64,000 bases of DNA, taken from the NCBI RefSeq assembly GCF_009914755.1, contig NC_060929.1; one strand, written 5' to 3'. A program made the position numbers and the translations under genes. Positions 15,589-29,162 of the stretch are shown piece by piece. Below the pieces are notes generated by a model. The model searched no databases and was not told the origin of the DNA. It worked only from the letters and a program-made list of their open reading frames with translations. This DNA is from the human T2T-CHM13v2.0 reference genome, Homo sapiens. How positions within the stretch are numbered: the first letter of the stretch is position 1; every line of letters starts with the position of its first letter.

Positions 15589-15928
15589 GGGCGTGGCACA
15601 GTGACTCACATCTGTAATTGTAGCACTTTGGGAAGTAAAGGCAGGAGGATCTCTTAAGCCCAGGAGTTTGTGACCAGCCTGGACAACATAGGGAGACCCT
15701 ATCTCTACACAAAAATTAAAATAAAAACATTAGCCAGGTATAGTGGCACACACCTGTGATCCCAGTTACTCAGGAGGCTGAGGCAGGAAGATCGTTTGAG
15801 CCTTGGAGGTCAAAGCTGCAGTGAGCTGTAATCACACCACCATACTCCAGCCTGGGAGACAGAGTGAGACATCGTCTCAAAAATAATAAAATTAAAAATA
15901 GAATACCTTATAAAAAAACAAAAAAAAA
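15589..15928 (+). mobile_element. AluJ
   Basis: Dimeric Alu; perfect 15-bp TSD agaagctcaaatttg (15574-15588, 15929-15943). Confidence 0.92.
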
Positions 15929-16044
15929 AGAAGCTCAAATTTGTCTGTTTCTTCATTCTGTGGTACTTGTTGAGATCCTTGTGAATTGATGCCTTCAGGA
16001 ACCATGGCCTCCTGAACCAAACTTCAACAAATCTAACAATTAAA

Positions 16045-16325
16045 AAAATTTTAATATATTTAGGGGATACAAGTGCAGGTTTCTTACATACATATATTGC
16101 ATAATAGTAAGGTTTGTGCTTCTAGTGTACCCGTCACCCAAATAGTGAACACTATACTTAATAGGTAATTTTTTAACCCTCACCCTCCTCCCACCCTCTC
16201 TCCTTTTGGCGTCCCCAGTGTCTATTGTTTCCTTCTATATGTCCGTGTGTACCCACTGTTTTGTCCCCACTTGTAAGTGAGAACATGCAGTATTTGACTT
16301 TCTGTTTCTGAGTTATCTCACTGAG
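16045..16325 (-). mobile_element. L1PB/L1MA 3' end
   Basis: 'ggggatacaagtgcaggtttcttacata...cccacttgtaagtgagaacatgcagtatttg'. Confidence 0.8.
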
Positions 16326-17396
16326 GGTAAGTGAAATAAGAATCCATGGATGAATTCTTAACCTGAAGTGTAGACCTTGAATTTGAATTTGTTGGAAGTA
16401 ATAAAAGTCATCCAGTTAAACTCTCCTCTTTAATGGAGGTGAAAGCCAAGGCCCAGGGAGGTAAAGTAGCTTTCTCACATTTGCAAATTAGAAACTAAGA
16501 CTATTGTTTGCGCCCTCAACCATTCAACAAATATTAGGGAGGGCATACTATGTGCAATGAATGTCCTTTTCTGTGTGCAGGGAATACAGCAGTGACCAAA
16601 ATAGACCAAAGACCCTGCCATCATTGGAGTGAGCATATGATGGGGGTTACTCTGAACCTCTTTTTACTGGCTCACATTGCCCATTTTTGCACTTAATTTT
16701 TTATATCAAAGATGCCAGCCAAATCAAACTGTTCAATGCAAGACACAATCTTTTCCTCACCAACTTTCTACCAAGGGAAAACTGTGTCTTGCTAACCAAA
16801 ATGAACTGCTGTAATACCCTCCAGGGATATTTTTCATCCACTGCCCAGAGGTATTTAGGTATGCCCTGCCAATTTTTAATAGTCCCTCTCTCCTACCCCA
16901 CTCCTCACACTTGAAGAAACACTTTTTGTCTCCTGCAAAAGACTCCAGTCAAGCAGAAAAATGCTTTCTTTCGTTTTCACATGAGCCACCCACAGCTGAA
17001 AGATATGCAGGTGTTTCCAGCAGTGATGGAGCTGCATTTAGGATCCAGATCCAAGGGATTTGCTCTGAATTCTGTCTTTCCTTGTTCTGATGAACCTTCC
17101 TCCACCAAACCTTTTGAAAACATTTCATTAATTAGTGCGAGTCTAGATTTGGACTCTGAAGTATAAAGTACCAGAAGATATATTATCATCATTACATGAA
17201 ATCAGGTCATGTAATTAGGTGCCAGAACAATGAAGCTTCAAAGCTTTCCTTTCCCACATATGAATGTGGCCATTTAGCTTTCCTAAACCTTGTTATCTTC
17301 ATCTGTAAAAGAGGGCTAACCATCCGTAGTTCATATAACTCTGTACTTCTTTGTAATAGCACTTACTATAATCAATTGTGTCTTGTGTGATTTTGC

Positions 17397-17510
17397 TAAG
17401 TGACCAGTTATTCTCCTTCCCCCAGTACTGAGAAAGTTATTCTCAGGATGTGAAATTTCCAGTATAAAAACCAGGAAAGTTCAAGGCAAGTCAGAATCAG
17501 TTGGTCATGT
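17397..17510. mobile_element. MER94-like hAT MITE
   Basis: Inverted ends 'gtgaccag' / 'ttggtcat', internal 'aaaaccaggaaagttc'. Confidence 0.55.
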
Positions 17511-18129
17511 GAAATTATGCAATAAACATTAAGAAACTGTTCAAGATGTGTCTCACCCACTAGATTTCATCCTTCATGCAAGCAGGAACTATGTTTGTCT
17601 TGCTGTAAGTACAGTGCCTCATGCATAGTAAGCACTTAGTCAATATTTGTTGGATAAATGTGTCATAGGATCCAATGAAAACTACTTTAGTTAAAATGTG
17701 TAGTTCAGAGCTTAGCATATTGTAAGTGCTTAATAAATGTAAGCAAGTTTTGTTATTTTCTTTTTGTGAACACCTTCTAATATCATACTTTTTGGCAATT
17801 TTTATAATACATAAATACCTTCTACATGTTTCCAGTGTAAGTTTCATAAGGCAATTAGTGAGACATAATGGATACCATTAGATAACCATTCTGTTATTTC
17901 AGGAATCAAGGCTCTTCAAAGGAATTTAATCCTAAGGTGTTTCTTAAAGTTTTCCTCGGTGAGTCTGTTTGTTTTTCTACTTTGAAATGCTAATATTATT
18001 CCCTTTTGTCTTGTGCATTTTAAAGTTTGGGATTGAATTCTACCATCTACTCGTGCAACTTTAACCTGCTGCCAAAGCCTTAACAGAGTGGTTAAAACAG
18101 TAATTTTGTCTGCCTGAAAAGTGGAATAG

Positions 18130-18442
18130 GGCCAGTCATGGTGGCTCATGCCTTTAACCAGCACTTTGGAGGCTGTGGCGGGAGGATCACTTGAGGCCAA
18201 GTGTTCAATACTAGCATGGGCAACGTAGCGAGACCCTGTCTCTACAAAAGAAAAATAAAAACATTAGCCAGGTATGGTGGCACATGCCTATATTTGCAGT
18301 TACTCAGGAGGCTAAGGTGGGAGAATCACTTGAACATAGATGTTTGAGGCTACAGTGAGCCATGATTGTGCCACTGAACTCCAGCTTGGAGTTCAATAGA
18401 GGGAGACCCTGTCTCAAAAAAATAAAAAATAATAATAAAAAC
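18130..18442 (+). mobile_element. AluJ
   Basis: Dimeric Alu with A-rich tail and degenerate TSD. Confidence 0.9.
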
Positions 18443-18946
18443 AAGAGTAGAATGGGGTGGCTATTTAGGTGGTTCTCTAATGGCAGAGGAGAAATGTAAT
18501 TTGCCTTTCTATAATCCAATAAAATGGATTGTAAAGTGACTACTTCCTGTTAACTTCCATTAGACGTGTTTCTGTGAATTATATTTAACCCATCTTCATT
18601 CTTGGAATAAGATCAGAGAAGGAACACAAAGTGATAATCTTGAAGCGTAGCATTTTGGTGAGCAAAGTATCAAAATGGTGTTTAGGAATAGTGATACCAT
18701 CACAAGAAAAATTGCAGAACTGTTATAACTCTAAGAAATATTTTTTAATAGGGAAGCTGTTAGTTATATCACAGCTATATAGTTATATACATGCTGGACA
18801 CAAGAATGTGCTTTCACCTATATTATCTCATCTAAATCCTTTAAAGGCTTTTGTGATGAGGTTTCATGATCTCAGATAGACCAGGGCTTAGGGAAGCTAA
18901 ATAAGCTGTTATAATTTACAGAGCTAGCTAATCACAGAATTGAGAT

Positions 18947-19603
18947 TGTCACTAAATAAAACTTGAGTCTGCTTGCCTGGTGGGCTGAAAAAGCCAACAC
19001 TGTCACCAAAATTTGCAGTGAGAGGTCATAGAGACTTGTACAGCAGGTGCCAAGCAAGGAGAATCAGGTGGCTAACACTTAAGATCCAAACTCCTCAGTG
19101 GCTTACAAGCAGAGTTTTTAAAGGCAGGGGTACATTTCAGGAAAGCAGAAGTTTCAGGCAAAATCATCAGCAGAAAGAAATGTTCAGGTCTGTCCTGTAA
19201 GCATGACTCTATCCAGGCTCCTCAGGAAGAAATTTAAAGCAAAGAATGACAGTCAGATCTCAGTCCTCATTTTCCCCTTATCTAAGGTCTATGGGAAAGC
19301 ACTAGGCATTTTCCATCTGATGAGGGCCGAGGTTTCTGAAAGACAACTCAGAGACATACGTTAAGATGCTACCTTTGGTTTCTTTAGAGAACAAAACATC
19401 TTGAGACTCTAACTTACTTGGGTTACTGTTATTTAAGCTTTTTTTACTTTCTTGCTTCATGGGTTATTTATTCCCTTCCTCAATTGCTGGTAACAGGGCT
19501 AGCTAGGTGCCTGGAATTTCCCTTGGAGAGACTCAAATTTTCCTTTATTTCCATACTTGGTGGGGCCTGGTAGGTTCCTAAGAGTGGCTCATACTCTGTG
19601 TTA
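18947..19603 (-). mobile_element. ERV1 (MER4-group) solo LTR, family unresolved
   Basis: TG start, MER4-group motif 'gccaagcaaggagaatcaggtggctaacacttaagatccaaactcc', 4-bp TSD agat (18943-18946, 19604-19607). Confidence 0.7.
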
Positions 19604-20964
19604 AGATTTGGAACCAAATATGCTTCACCCCAGAGCACATGTTTCTCCTTCTATGTCATGCTGCAGTTATTTGTTTAATAAATATAGACCAAGCTTTTTC
19701 CTGCCAAGCTCTTTGCCAAGCACTAGTGATTCAGGGTAGAGCAAAACAGACACGCAGAACCTCTCCTCATGCCACTTACAGTTTACTGGAGAGCTGGAAA
19801 TTGATCAGATTGTGTCTCAGTGTCCCCATGGTTTTGTTTTGAAGACTGAATGAGAGTTGTAGTGCTTGGCACACATAAAGAGTGCTCAGTAATTTTTAGG
19901 TGACATTATTTTTATTCAATTACAACACAGACATGTAATTACAAATTTTATTACTTGCTATGATGGAAAAACATGTGGAATTGTAAAAGTAGATGACGGA
20001 GGACCAGATCTATTCTGGGAGGTGGGTGAAAGCTTCCCTGAGAGAGGCAAAAGAAGCTGGGGACAAGAAGCCATCTGAGCAGCAGGAGTGGCATGTGCAA
20101 AGGCCCTGAGGCAGAAGGGAACACTGTGTGTTCAAGGCAGTGACAGCAAGTGTGATGGAGCTGATAAAACAGTGCAGCTGCAGTCATTTTCTCCTCAATG
20201 TTTTCCCCAGTCCCAGGCATTTCTTCACATCTTTGCATTCCCCTGATGACACCTGCACAGTTCTCAGGTCCTAATTCCCTAAACTCTGTAAGCAGGCAAT
20301 TTGGCCTGTCAAATTGACCTAAAATGAAAGTTACCTACACAAACTTATTTAGGACACATAAAACATCTTGCATCTGTTGTGTTCCATCTTTAAAGATTCC
20401 ACTCATAGATTAGGTAGCTTGTTGATGGCTGTGATTTAAATTCAGGAAGATGGCTCTGTCTACAAGATAAAAGATAATTGGGAATGAGTCATTGTCTTTT
20501 TAAAGAACAAACAGTGAGGTCTGGAAAATTTGCAGACACAGGTCTTGCACGTGTTAATTCCCTGCCAATGTAGACAGACTAGGCTATCTAGAAAGAAATT
20601 CCCTGGGGTTATTAAAGACCAAAAGTAATCATGCTAAAAAAGCTCTTTGAAGAAACATAATACTTATCATGTCAATATAATATATTGCATCTGTAGTAGC
20701 TACAGGGTGCAGGGAGAAGGCAAAAATGCAGGCAATGAATAGAACAAATAAAGTTTGAGGAGAGTCAAAGGTTAATGAGCCCCCTAAAAAGAAAACTAGA
20801 TAGTACACAAGCCTTCCCGTAACTGTCCTATCTTAAACTTCTTTCATATCTGATATGTGGATTATTCTGGATCTGGTAGAGTGAAGATGGGGATAGAGAC
20901 CAGGGAAATTACCTTTCTTATAACACCCAGAGCTGTTAGAGAACTTCAAATCATTAGGCCAATG

Positions 20965-21403
20965 AGAAGGCATCCTTCCCTGAAATTCATATCCTCAGCC
21001 AATCATGAGAAAGCATTAGATAGATCCTAAGGCAGGGAGACATTCTACAAAATACCTCACCAGTACTTTTCAAAAGTATCAAGGTCATGAAAGACAGGGA
21101 AAGATGAAGAGACTGTCATAGATTGAGGGAGACTAAGGAGACCTGACAGCTAATTGCAATGGGATAGCATAAAGTAGGTCCTGGAACAGAAAAAAAATCA
21201 ATGACATCTGAAAAAAAGTCTATAATGTAGTGAATAGTATTATGCCAATGTTAATTTCTCATCTTTCATGAATGCACCATGGCTATATAAGATGTTGATC
21301 TTAGGGAAAATTATTAGGATGTGATACATACAGGAACTCTGTACTGTATTTGCAACTTTCCTGCAAATCTAAAATTATTTCAAAATAAAAAGTAAAAAAA
21401 AAA
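20965..21403 (+). mobile_element. L1MD/L1ME 3' end
   Basis: 'gacattctacaaaatacctcaccagtactttt...tttgcaactttcctgcaaatctaaaattatttcaaaataaaa' followed by A tail. Confidence 0.75.
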
Positions 21404-23065
21404 ATGGCTCCCACACACACACACACAAAATGACCAAAGCTTTCTCTTTACGAGTCAAGAAAGCAAAATTTACAGAGGCAACATGGCTACATAAAGCCTT
21501 ACTTTGTTCCTTACTTTGTTAGATGGGGAATATGGGGATAAACAGCCTTTCTTCCTTGGGGATCTTTGCACTGTGTTTCTAGAAAAGGCGCAGAAGAACC
21601 TACAAAGGGCTCTTTCTCCCATACCACACATTGAGGCTGTTTTAATTTTTTTCCTGTCTAACATTGTTTTTACAAATATGCAAAGTGGTATATATTAGGT
21701 AAAAGGCAAAATCCTTAGCAGGGCCTACAAAACCCTGCTCAGTTTGGCCTCTGACCATGTCACCAGGGCCACCTGCTTGCTCGCTCTTCAATTCAGACAT
21801 CCTCATCTTCCCCCTAGAAACAGAAATAGCCCTTTCCTGCCTCAGGAGCTTTTTATCAAGGTAGCATCCCAGTCCCCATATACGTAAAGACATTTGGGTT
21901 CTATCCTAAGTCAACTTCCTTTAAGAAGCCCTCCTTTATGGCCCACTCCACCACCTAGCCCTAAGAACCAATAAGACCATTTAGTTTTTGCTCCTGTCAT
22001 ACCCTATGCCTCTCTAGTGAATCAGCCAGCACACTTAGTTCTGCATGTTCATTTTTTACCTTCTACAGCATACTATTAATATATGCATTTCTAACTGACA
22101 ATATTGATTTTCAATTTTTAAAGAAAATTTCAAATGCTGTTTGCTATTTTTATCTCTGTATGCCCCCACCCAGACCCCTCAGCATCCTGAATCAAAATTA
22201 AAGGCAACATCCTCCATTGACAAGGAAAGGAGCAAGCTCCTTGGGAGGTTTTGTTTTTGCATGATGGTATCTAAGCATGTGCTCTTTCTCACAAATTTAT
22301 GGCTGGATTGCTAGGGTCTAATAAAGTACAGGCACATGGTAGATATTTAAACTATCTGTTGAATAAAATAATAAACTGAAAACTAGACAATTGAAACATT
22401 TGTCTGAACATCAACTGAGCAGTTAAGGAAAAGCAACACTTGGAAATCTAACTTACCTAGACTTAAAGAATTGTATGTTTTCTCATTTCTCATTTCAGCT
22501 TTTATACCTTGCAGGGTATCCAATGAAGCTCCTTTTACTACGGAGAGAGTAGTTTCCTTTTTCTGTTTCAGCATCGTGAAAGAGAAAGAGAAGTAACATA
22601 TCGTGGGAGATGTATTTGCAGAAAAGCTTCAGTTGGCTCTTGTCATGACTCCTATATAAAAGAAAAAAAATCCTCTAAACTGCTCTAGAAATGAAAGAGA
22701 TTGATGTGCAGTCTCTTCAAATTCTTCTGAATGGTGCACTGTGAAGATAAGTTACAGTGAGTGTCAGGCCATTTGTAGGAGCAGCAGGTTCCACACAAGG
22801 AGTTTTATGTGGGAGAGAGTAGCTAAAAGTGGAGCTCCAAGACAATGGAGATTAGCAAAGAGCTGTCATCCAGCTTCTGACATAGGTTTATACTGACCAA
22901 TGGCAAAAGCATGAAGTGATACAGAGGTAAGCGCTGTATAAATATAATCATTATCGTCATCACCATCATCATTGGTGCTTCACCCCTTGCATATTCCTTT
23001 TACATTAAGCAGACCATTTGCTAGATAATTTTATGGGAATTGTATGTAGCACTACTGTGCTACAG

Positions 23066-23235
23066 CCAGAGAAGGATTTACTGATGAAGCTTAAGCCTTG
23101 GCGTCTCCGACAAGCGGGAGCCCCTTTCAAGAATGTCCACTATATTTTGTGTTTATAATTTTATATTCTCTTTCTTAAAGAGCATCCCACAAATTGTGTA
23201 AGCTTCTAGCCCCACAAAATGTGGATCTGCCCCTG
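23066..23235. mobile_element. MER53-like hAT MITE
   Basis: 'ggattta...tgaagcttaagc...aaattgtgtaagcttctagccccacaaaatgtggatctgcccctg'. Confidence 0.7.
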
Positions 23236-25212
23236 ATTATAATTATCCAGTAGAGGAACTCAAAAATACCATTGTGGAGTACACAACAAGCCAGATGACA
23301 CGTGTTTTTATGCTTTAGGGCAGCCAGCACTACTAGCACACTGCATACCAAGTAGAAACTGATTAGATCCTTGTTGAATTAAAATCGGTGAGTGTGAAAA
23401 GCCACCACTTTCCACTCTTCTGCATTTGCTGTCAGAGCAAATGAATTCATAGGCCTAGGTGGTGTGGTGTAGTGTGCAGGATCTCTCATCCAGCTGTTGG
23501 TGACCCTCCCATGAGTGTGGGCAGATGCATGCCTTCATTTCCACTTAGATAACATTTTTCATTATCTCTTATAATGGGGCATCTAATATTAAGTCTTACA
23601 TCAGATTATTTTAGGGCTTTGAAAATCCTCTACTGAATCTAGTGCCATCCTGATGGAGCTTGGCCCAGTGATGTGTAAGCCTCTAATTTAGGAATGTACT
23701 GGCTGAAGGCCCATTTTGATTTTATAGTAGCCTATTAATAAAACATCATCAGATTTAGAATCTCAATTCAAAAAAAGTAAACTTCTTGGGATTTTTCTGT
23801 TATTGTTCTGAGGCATAAACTGTGATGTTCTGTGTTTCCTTCTGAAGTAGATTTGAAATAGTGTTTTTTTCCAGTATCCTTCCCAGCATCAGCTCAATGT
23901 CAGGACTTATAAAAGCATAATCAGAGGTGTATCTGGAGGCACATCATACCCTTTTTCCCTCTGTAAGTTATAAACCAATTGAAAAGTCAACACAGGCCTC
24001 ACAGATAAGCTGAGCTAATAAAGATGGCCTAGGCCAACAGCACCTCTGAATCAGGTTGACTTATCCACAGTCTAGCGTGCTGAGCCCCAGAATGGGTTGA
24101 TTGCCTTGTACTTCGGTCCAGTTCCTTCCTTACTGGGAAGATTATCCCATTCTCCTCATTTGCGCATGGAAGAATGAGGAAGGATAGGAGCACAGGTAGA
24201 AATTTTTTTCCGATACTTCCGAAAGGCAGACACTGTTATTTAGTAGGGAAGGGTAGAAATATCAGAAGAGAGATGGTGGAGAGGAGGGGCTGAAGGAAGA
24301 ATGTTCTGCCTAAAGTAGAGATCGAGTTTTTTAATTGATTTTCAACAGGATTGAAGTTATTCATTTATCATTCATCCATCAACCATTTATTGAGTACCTA
24401 TTATGTAAAGAACTCTAGACTTGGTGTGTCTTTTCGCAACTGTGTGAAAGATACACACTTGAAGAGAGAGTGCTCTCTATAAAATGACAAACCTTTGAGA
24501 AGTGAGGCATGTGTTGCAGGGCATGCAAAAAGGTTTCCTGTAAGGAAGATCATCATAAGGCAAAATAGAATAAAATAAACATAAAAGAGAGGTAATCTCT
24601 AAATACTGTGAAGAGGTTCCAGAAAGAATAGTAACTTCTGATTGTGGATTACACAACTTCACAAAGGCAGTGAGTGACCTTTGGACTAAGCCTTGAAGTA
24701 TGATGGAATTTGACTATACTGAGAATAGCAGCCAAGGACATGCTAGGAATAGGAAAGAAATAGGTGTCAAGGCAAAGGTATAAAGAGCTTGATCAAAGTG
24801 AGAGCTAGTGACCAGGCTGGCACATGTGGAGAACTGAAGTGGAGCAACACCAAGGGCCTTGGGTTGCAACTACTATAATGATTCTAATGTGTTCCGTTCT
24901 TGTCTAAAACTGCACAAGTAGACTGTTTCCTCCAAATCTGGAAGTTAGGTACACTCTGAATTTTGAATTTATAAGTAATTAAAATAGGTATTTTTTTTTT
25001 TTGTCGATAGAAGAAAATAACAGAACCTCCACATTTTGAGAAGTATGTGTCAGGTGTTAAGCACCTGAAAGTGTCACTTGGCATTTCATAGATGACAAAA
25101 CTGAAGAACTGAGAGGCTAATACCCTTGCTCCAAACCACACAGCTAATAAATGACAGATGCAGGAATTTAACACAAATTGGGATGACTCCACAGCCCATG
25201 CTTAACAGTGAG

Positions 25213-25948
25213 TGTAACCACCCAACAAGCTCATTTTGCCCACTGCCCAGATAGAGCCAATTTATCAAGATGGAGAATTGCAATAGAGAAAGAGTTTAAT
25301 TCATGCAGAGCTGGCTGAATGAGAGACTGGAGTGTTATTACTCAAATCAGTCTCCTCGAAAATTCAGAGGCTAGAGGTTTTCAAGGATAGTTTTGATGGG
25401 CCTGGAAGTGGGTGCTGCTGATTTGTTGGGGATGCAATCATAGGGTTGTGGAAAATGGTTCATTTGTGTGCTCAGTCAGCTTCTGGATGGGGCCACAGGA
25501 CCAGCTGGTGGGCCTGGGTGGAGCCATCAGTTGTCAGATATGCAGAAACCTGAAAAGACATCTCAGAAGGCCAATCTTAGGTTCTGTAAATGTTATCTGC
25601 TGGAGTAATTGGGGAAGTTGTGAATCTTGTGACCTACAGAATAATGGCTGGTAATCATTTATATCTACACCTCAGCAGAACTGGGCTCTTCTCAGCCTCC
25701 TCACTTAGTGGTCCTTTCATTAGCTCAGCCTCCTCACCTAGTGGTCTTTCATTAGCTTTACAAAGGCAATTTAGTTTTGGGGAAAGGCTATTGTCATTTA
25801 AACTATGTCTCTCAACATTAGCTTGGCCCAACCCCAGGAATGATTAAGGACAGTTTGGAGATTAAAGATAAAATGGGGATTGATTAGATCAGATCTCTTT
25901 TACTGTCATAATTTTCTTACGGTTACAATTTTTACAAAGGCAGTTTCA
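25213..25948 (-). mobile_element. LTR8/LTR8A solo LTR (ERV1)
   Basis: TG...CA ends; reverse complement begins 'tgaaactgcctttgtaaaaatt'; flanks tgag/tgac approximate a 4-bp TSD. Confidence 0.85.
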
Positions 25949-27699
25949 TGACCAGTTTTTGCTGAACATAGAGCAGATCAGAAGTTCTGGAAGAACAAGT
26001 ATCAATACATGAAGCTTCCCATGTTGCTAAATGCATCCTTAGAGCATGGAACAGAGCCACCTTGTTGCTAAGATCCTTTGCCTTAAAAAAATGAAATTGG
26101 ATGGCACCTGCCTCTAACTAAGAGACACACATCAAGATCCAACAATTTCACATTGTTATTTTTTTATCATACTGATGGAAAATTAGGCAATTTCTCAATT
26201 AAATGTCACCTATCCTCTTGCATCTCCAGCAGCAACTGCCTAATTTCTCAGGGGTTTGGCAAAATTTCACCTCTCTAGTGTCTCCTATTCTTGGCTCAGC
26301 ACTGGGAAAGTGGGGGCAAAGATACAGCTTTTAGCTGGCTGATTCTTGCTTCTTAAGACACTTTCTCAGCAGAGAAAGAACAGTTTTACTGCTTGGAAAA
26401 AGCTTTTATTTTGTCACCTGGTGCATGACTGTGGAAACCTTCAGTTCTCATTATTTCAGCCCATCTGGCACAGACTGGAAGGAAGAGATTTCTTCTTTGT
26501 ATTGTAAATTAACAAAACAGCCCTACCCTTTTTAAAACCAGTTGAAAAAATAGAGTAATATCCAACACTCTTTAAAAAAGGAATTATTACCATGTTTAGA
26601 GAGTTGGCATCCATTTCAATAACTATTAACTGTACTCTCACAGTTTTGTACCACAGTTTTGGACCAAGAGAAAGGCAAATCCCAAATCTGTCAGTTAATC
26701 AACAAACATTTATTCAATGTCTTCCAAGGGTAAAACACTGGAGAAAACCGAGAATTTTTTTAAAAGACTCTACCATACAGCATCCTACAATCTTCTAGGG
26801 GGAGAATTAAACATGTTTAAATAACAGAGTGCTCAATATTTGTATGTATTCAGTCAAAGAGCCCCTAAGCACCCTATGCTTTCAGAGGCAGGGGATGTTT
26901 GCTCTGGACTGGGGAAGTCAGAGAAGTCTTCTTAGAAAAATTGGAATGAGAGTAAGGTCTTTAAGAAGAGGTAAAATTCATATAGTTGGTGAGGAAGAAA
27001 GAATGTAACATTTCAGGTAGGAGGGAGTGAAATGTTCAAGCCTAGGGCTTTGAGCACATTAGATGCTCAACAAAGGCTGTTGAATGGAGTAAAATCAAAA
27101 AGTTGTATTTCTGTTTTGGCCCTACATTTCCATGCTTGATTGTTTTCTGAATTGTCAGACCAGAAGATGGTATTATTCTCTTTAATACTTAGAGGAATAT
27201 TTTCATAGGGAGGTTGATTTAATTCACCTAGGAAGATTCATTTGAATTAGTTGGATTGAATCATGGGTTGCTTCAGCTATAAATGAATGGAATCTTGCCA
27301 ATAGGCAAGTGATACTTGCTGTCTTCCCCTTTTTAATCAGGCAGAGTATCTGTTAGTAGCTCTCCCTACAGAAAACCATTGATCATAATTGTAGTTGGTT
27401 CACTGGGAGAAAGGTGTGACAGTGGAAATTGGTGTAAGGTATGAAGATCAAAGCATTCTATAAACCGACAGAATTTCTTTCATATAGAAGGACTTACCAT
27501 CAATTATGTTAAATGATATTTCATTTTTATGGAAGCAGTACATATGCATTGTAGAAAATTAATGAATACTCAGAGAAGCAAAATTAAAAATAACATTTCT
27601 ACCACTGAAAGATCCAAACCATAAGTTTGTGTATATCTTTCCAGGTGCACACACACACACATGTTTTACATATGTGTGTGAATATACACACGTGCACAC

Positions 27700-28082
27700 T
27701 GCCTAAGTTTGTTTTCTGCTACTATAACAGAATACCACAGACTGGGTAATTTATATAGTTCAATTGGCTCACAGTTCTAGGGACTGAGAAGTCGAAGGGC
27801 ATGGTGCAGTGTTTGCTTGGCATGTGGTCAGGTGAGCACCTTCTTGCTACAGTTATTCCATGGCAGAAGTGCAAGTGAACATTTGAGACAGAAAGAGAAT
27901 TGGGGACATTCCAAACCTATCCTTTTATCAGGAGCCTACTTTCTCAACACAGACATTTATCCATTCCTGAGGACAGAGCCCTCATGACCTAATCACCTCT
28001 TAAAAATCCAACTTCTTAATACCATCACAACAGCAATGAACTTTCAACAAAAGTTTTGGAGGTGACATTCAAATCATAGCAT
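27700..28082 (-). mobile_element. MLT1A/MST-type MaLR LTR
   Basis: 'ctataacagaataccacagactgggtaattt...gagccctcatgacctaatcacctcttaaa...acattcaaatcatagca'. Confidence 0.8.
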
Positions 28083-28324
28083 ACATGCTCACATACACAT
28101 ATACCTGTATATTTTACAGCATAAGATAATACTATACATACTGTTTTGTGATCTGTGCATTTTCCTTCTATAATCTACACTTTTCCGTTCCAATATATTT
28201 TTATCTCATTTAATACCCATGCTACATTAAAATTTTGCCAATTAATTCAGAAATGTCCTTTAAGACTGACTTGCGTAAATCAGTATTCAATGCAGGACCA
28301 CACAGGCATCTGATTGTTATGGAC

Positions 28325-28727
28325 CTATATAATTCAGCCTGGCTGCCATCACAACATACCATAGACTGTGTGGTTTAAACAACAAAAATTTACTTCTTTA
28401 CACTTCTGGAGGTTTGATGTTCTAGATCCAACTAAAGCAGCATCAGTTTCTGGTGACAGTTCTCTGCCTGGCTTGTAGATAGCTGCCCTCTCACTATGTC
28501 CTCCAATGGCCATTCCTTGGTTCATATGCATGGAAAGAGAGAGAACAAGCTTTCTGGTATCTCTTCTCCTGAAGACACTAATCCTATCAAATCAGGACCC
28601 CATTCTTATGACCTCATTTAACTTGAATTACTTCCTTAGAGGCCCCCCTCCAACTGTAGCCACAGTGGGAGTTAGGGCATCAACATATGAATATTTTGGG
28701 GGCACACAAACATTTAGTCTATGACAG
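28325..28727 (-). mobile_element. MLT1B/C-type MaLR LTR
   Basis: 'ggctgccatcacaacataccatagactgtgtggtttaaacaac...atgacctcatttaacttgaattac'. Confidence 0.8.
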
Positions 28728-29162
28728 GTCCTTAAAACTCTGAATCTTGCATAGCTCCTCTCCCACTTTTATTTATGACACTAGGTTAATTTTTTAAAAT
28801 TATAATATGCTCCAATCCATGTAATTGTTTACATGGCCCTTTTCACATCCATTGTAAAAGACATTTTATTATAATACATAGCTCAGTGTAGACAGTAATC
28901 CTTGCTGCTATGGCTTGGGGAGTCCATTTTGCTCCAGTCCAGCTATAGTCATTTTGGCCTCAGTACATCATCTCACTTTCATGAGCTTCATTTCCTATAT
29001 TAGACTAGAATTAATGAAACAGAATATCTATAGAAGATGCAAGGGATGTTTGTGCTTTCAATGAATTCCCCACATGACTCTTATCAATAGGCAAGTTTAG
29101 AAAATAGCCAAGTAGATTTTTTGTTTTGCTTTTTTTCATCTACACTTCTGCTGTATACTATG

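Noticed and set aside
20820-20875. Faint resemblance to U2 snRNA ('atatctgata')
   Set aside because: Only a ~10-nt match.
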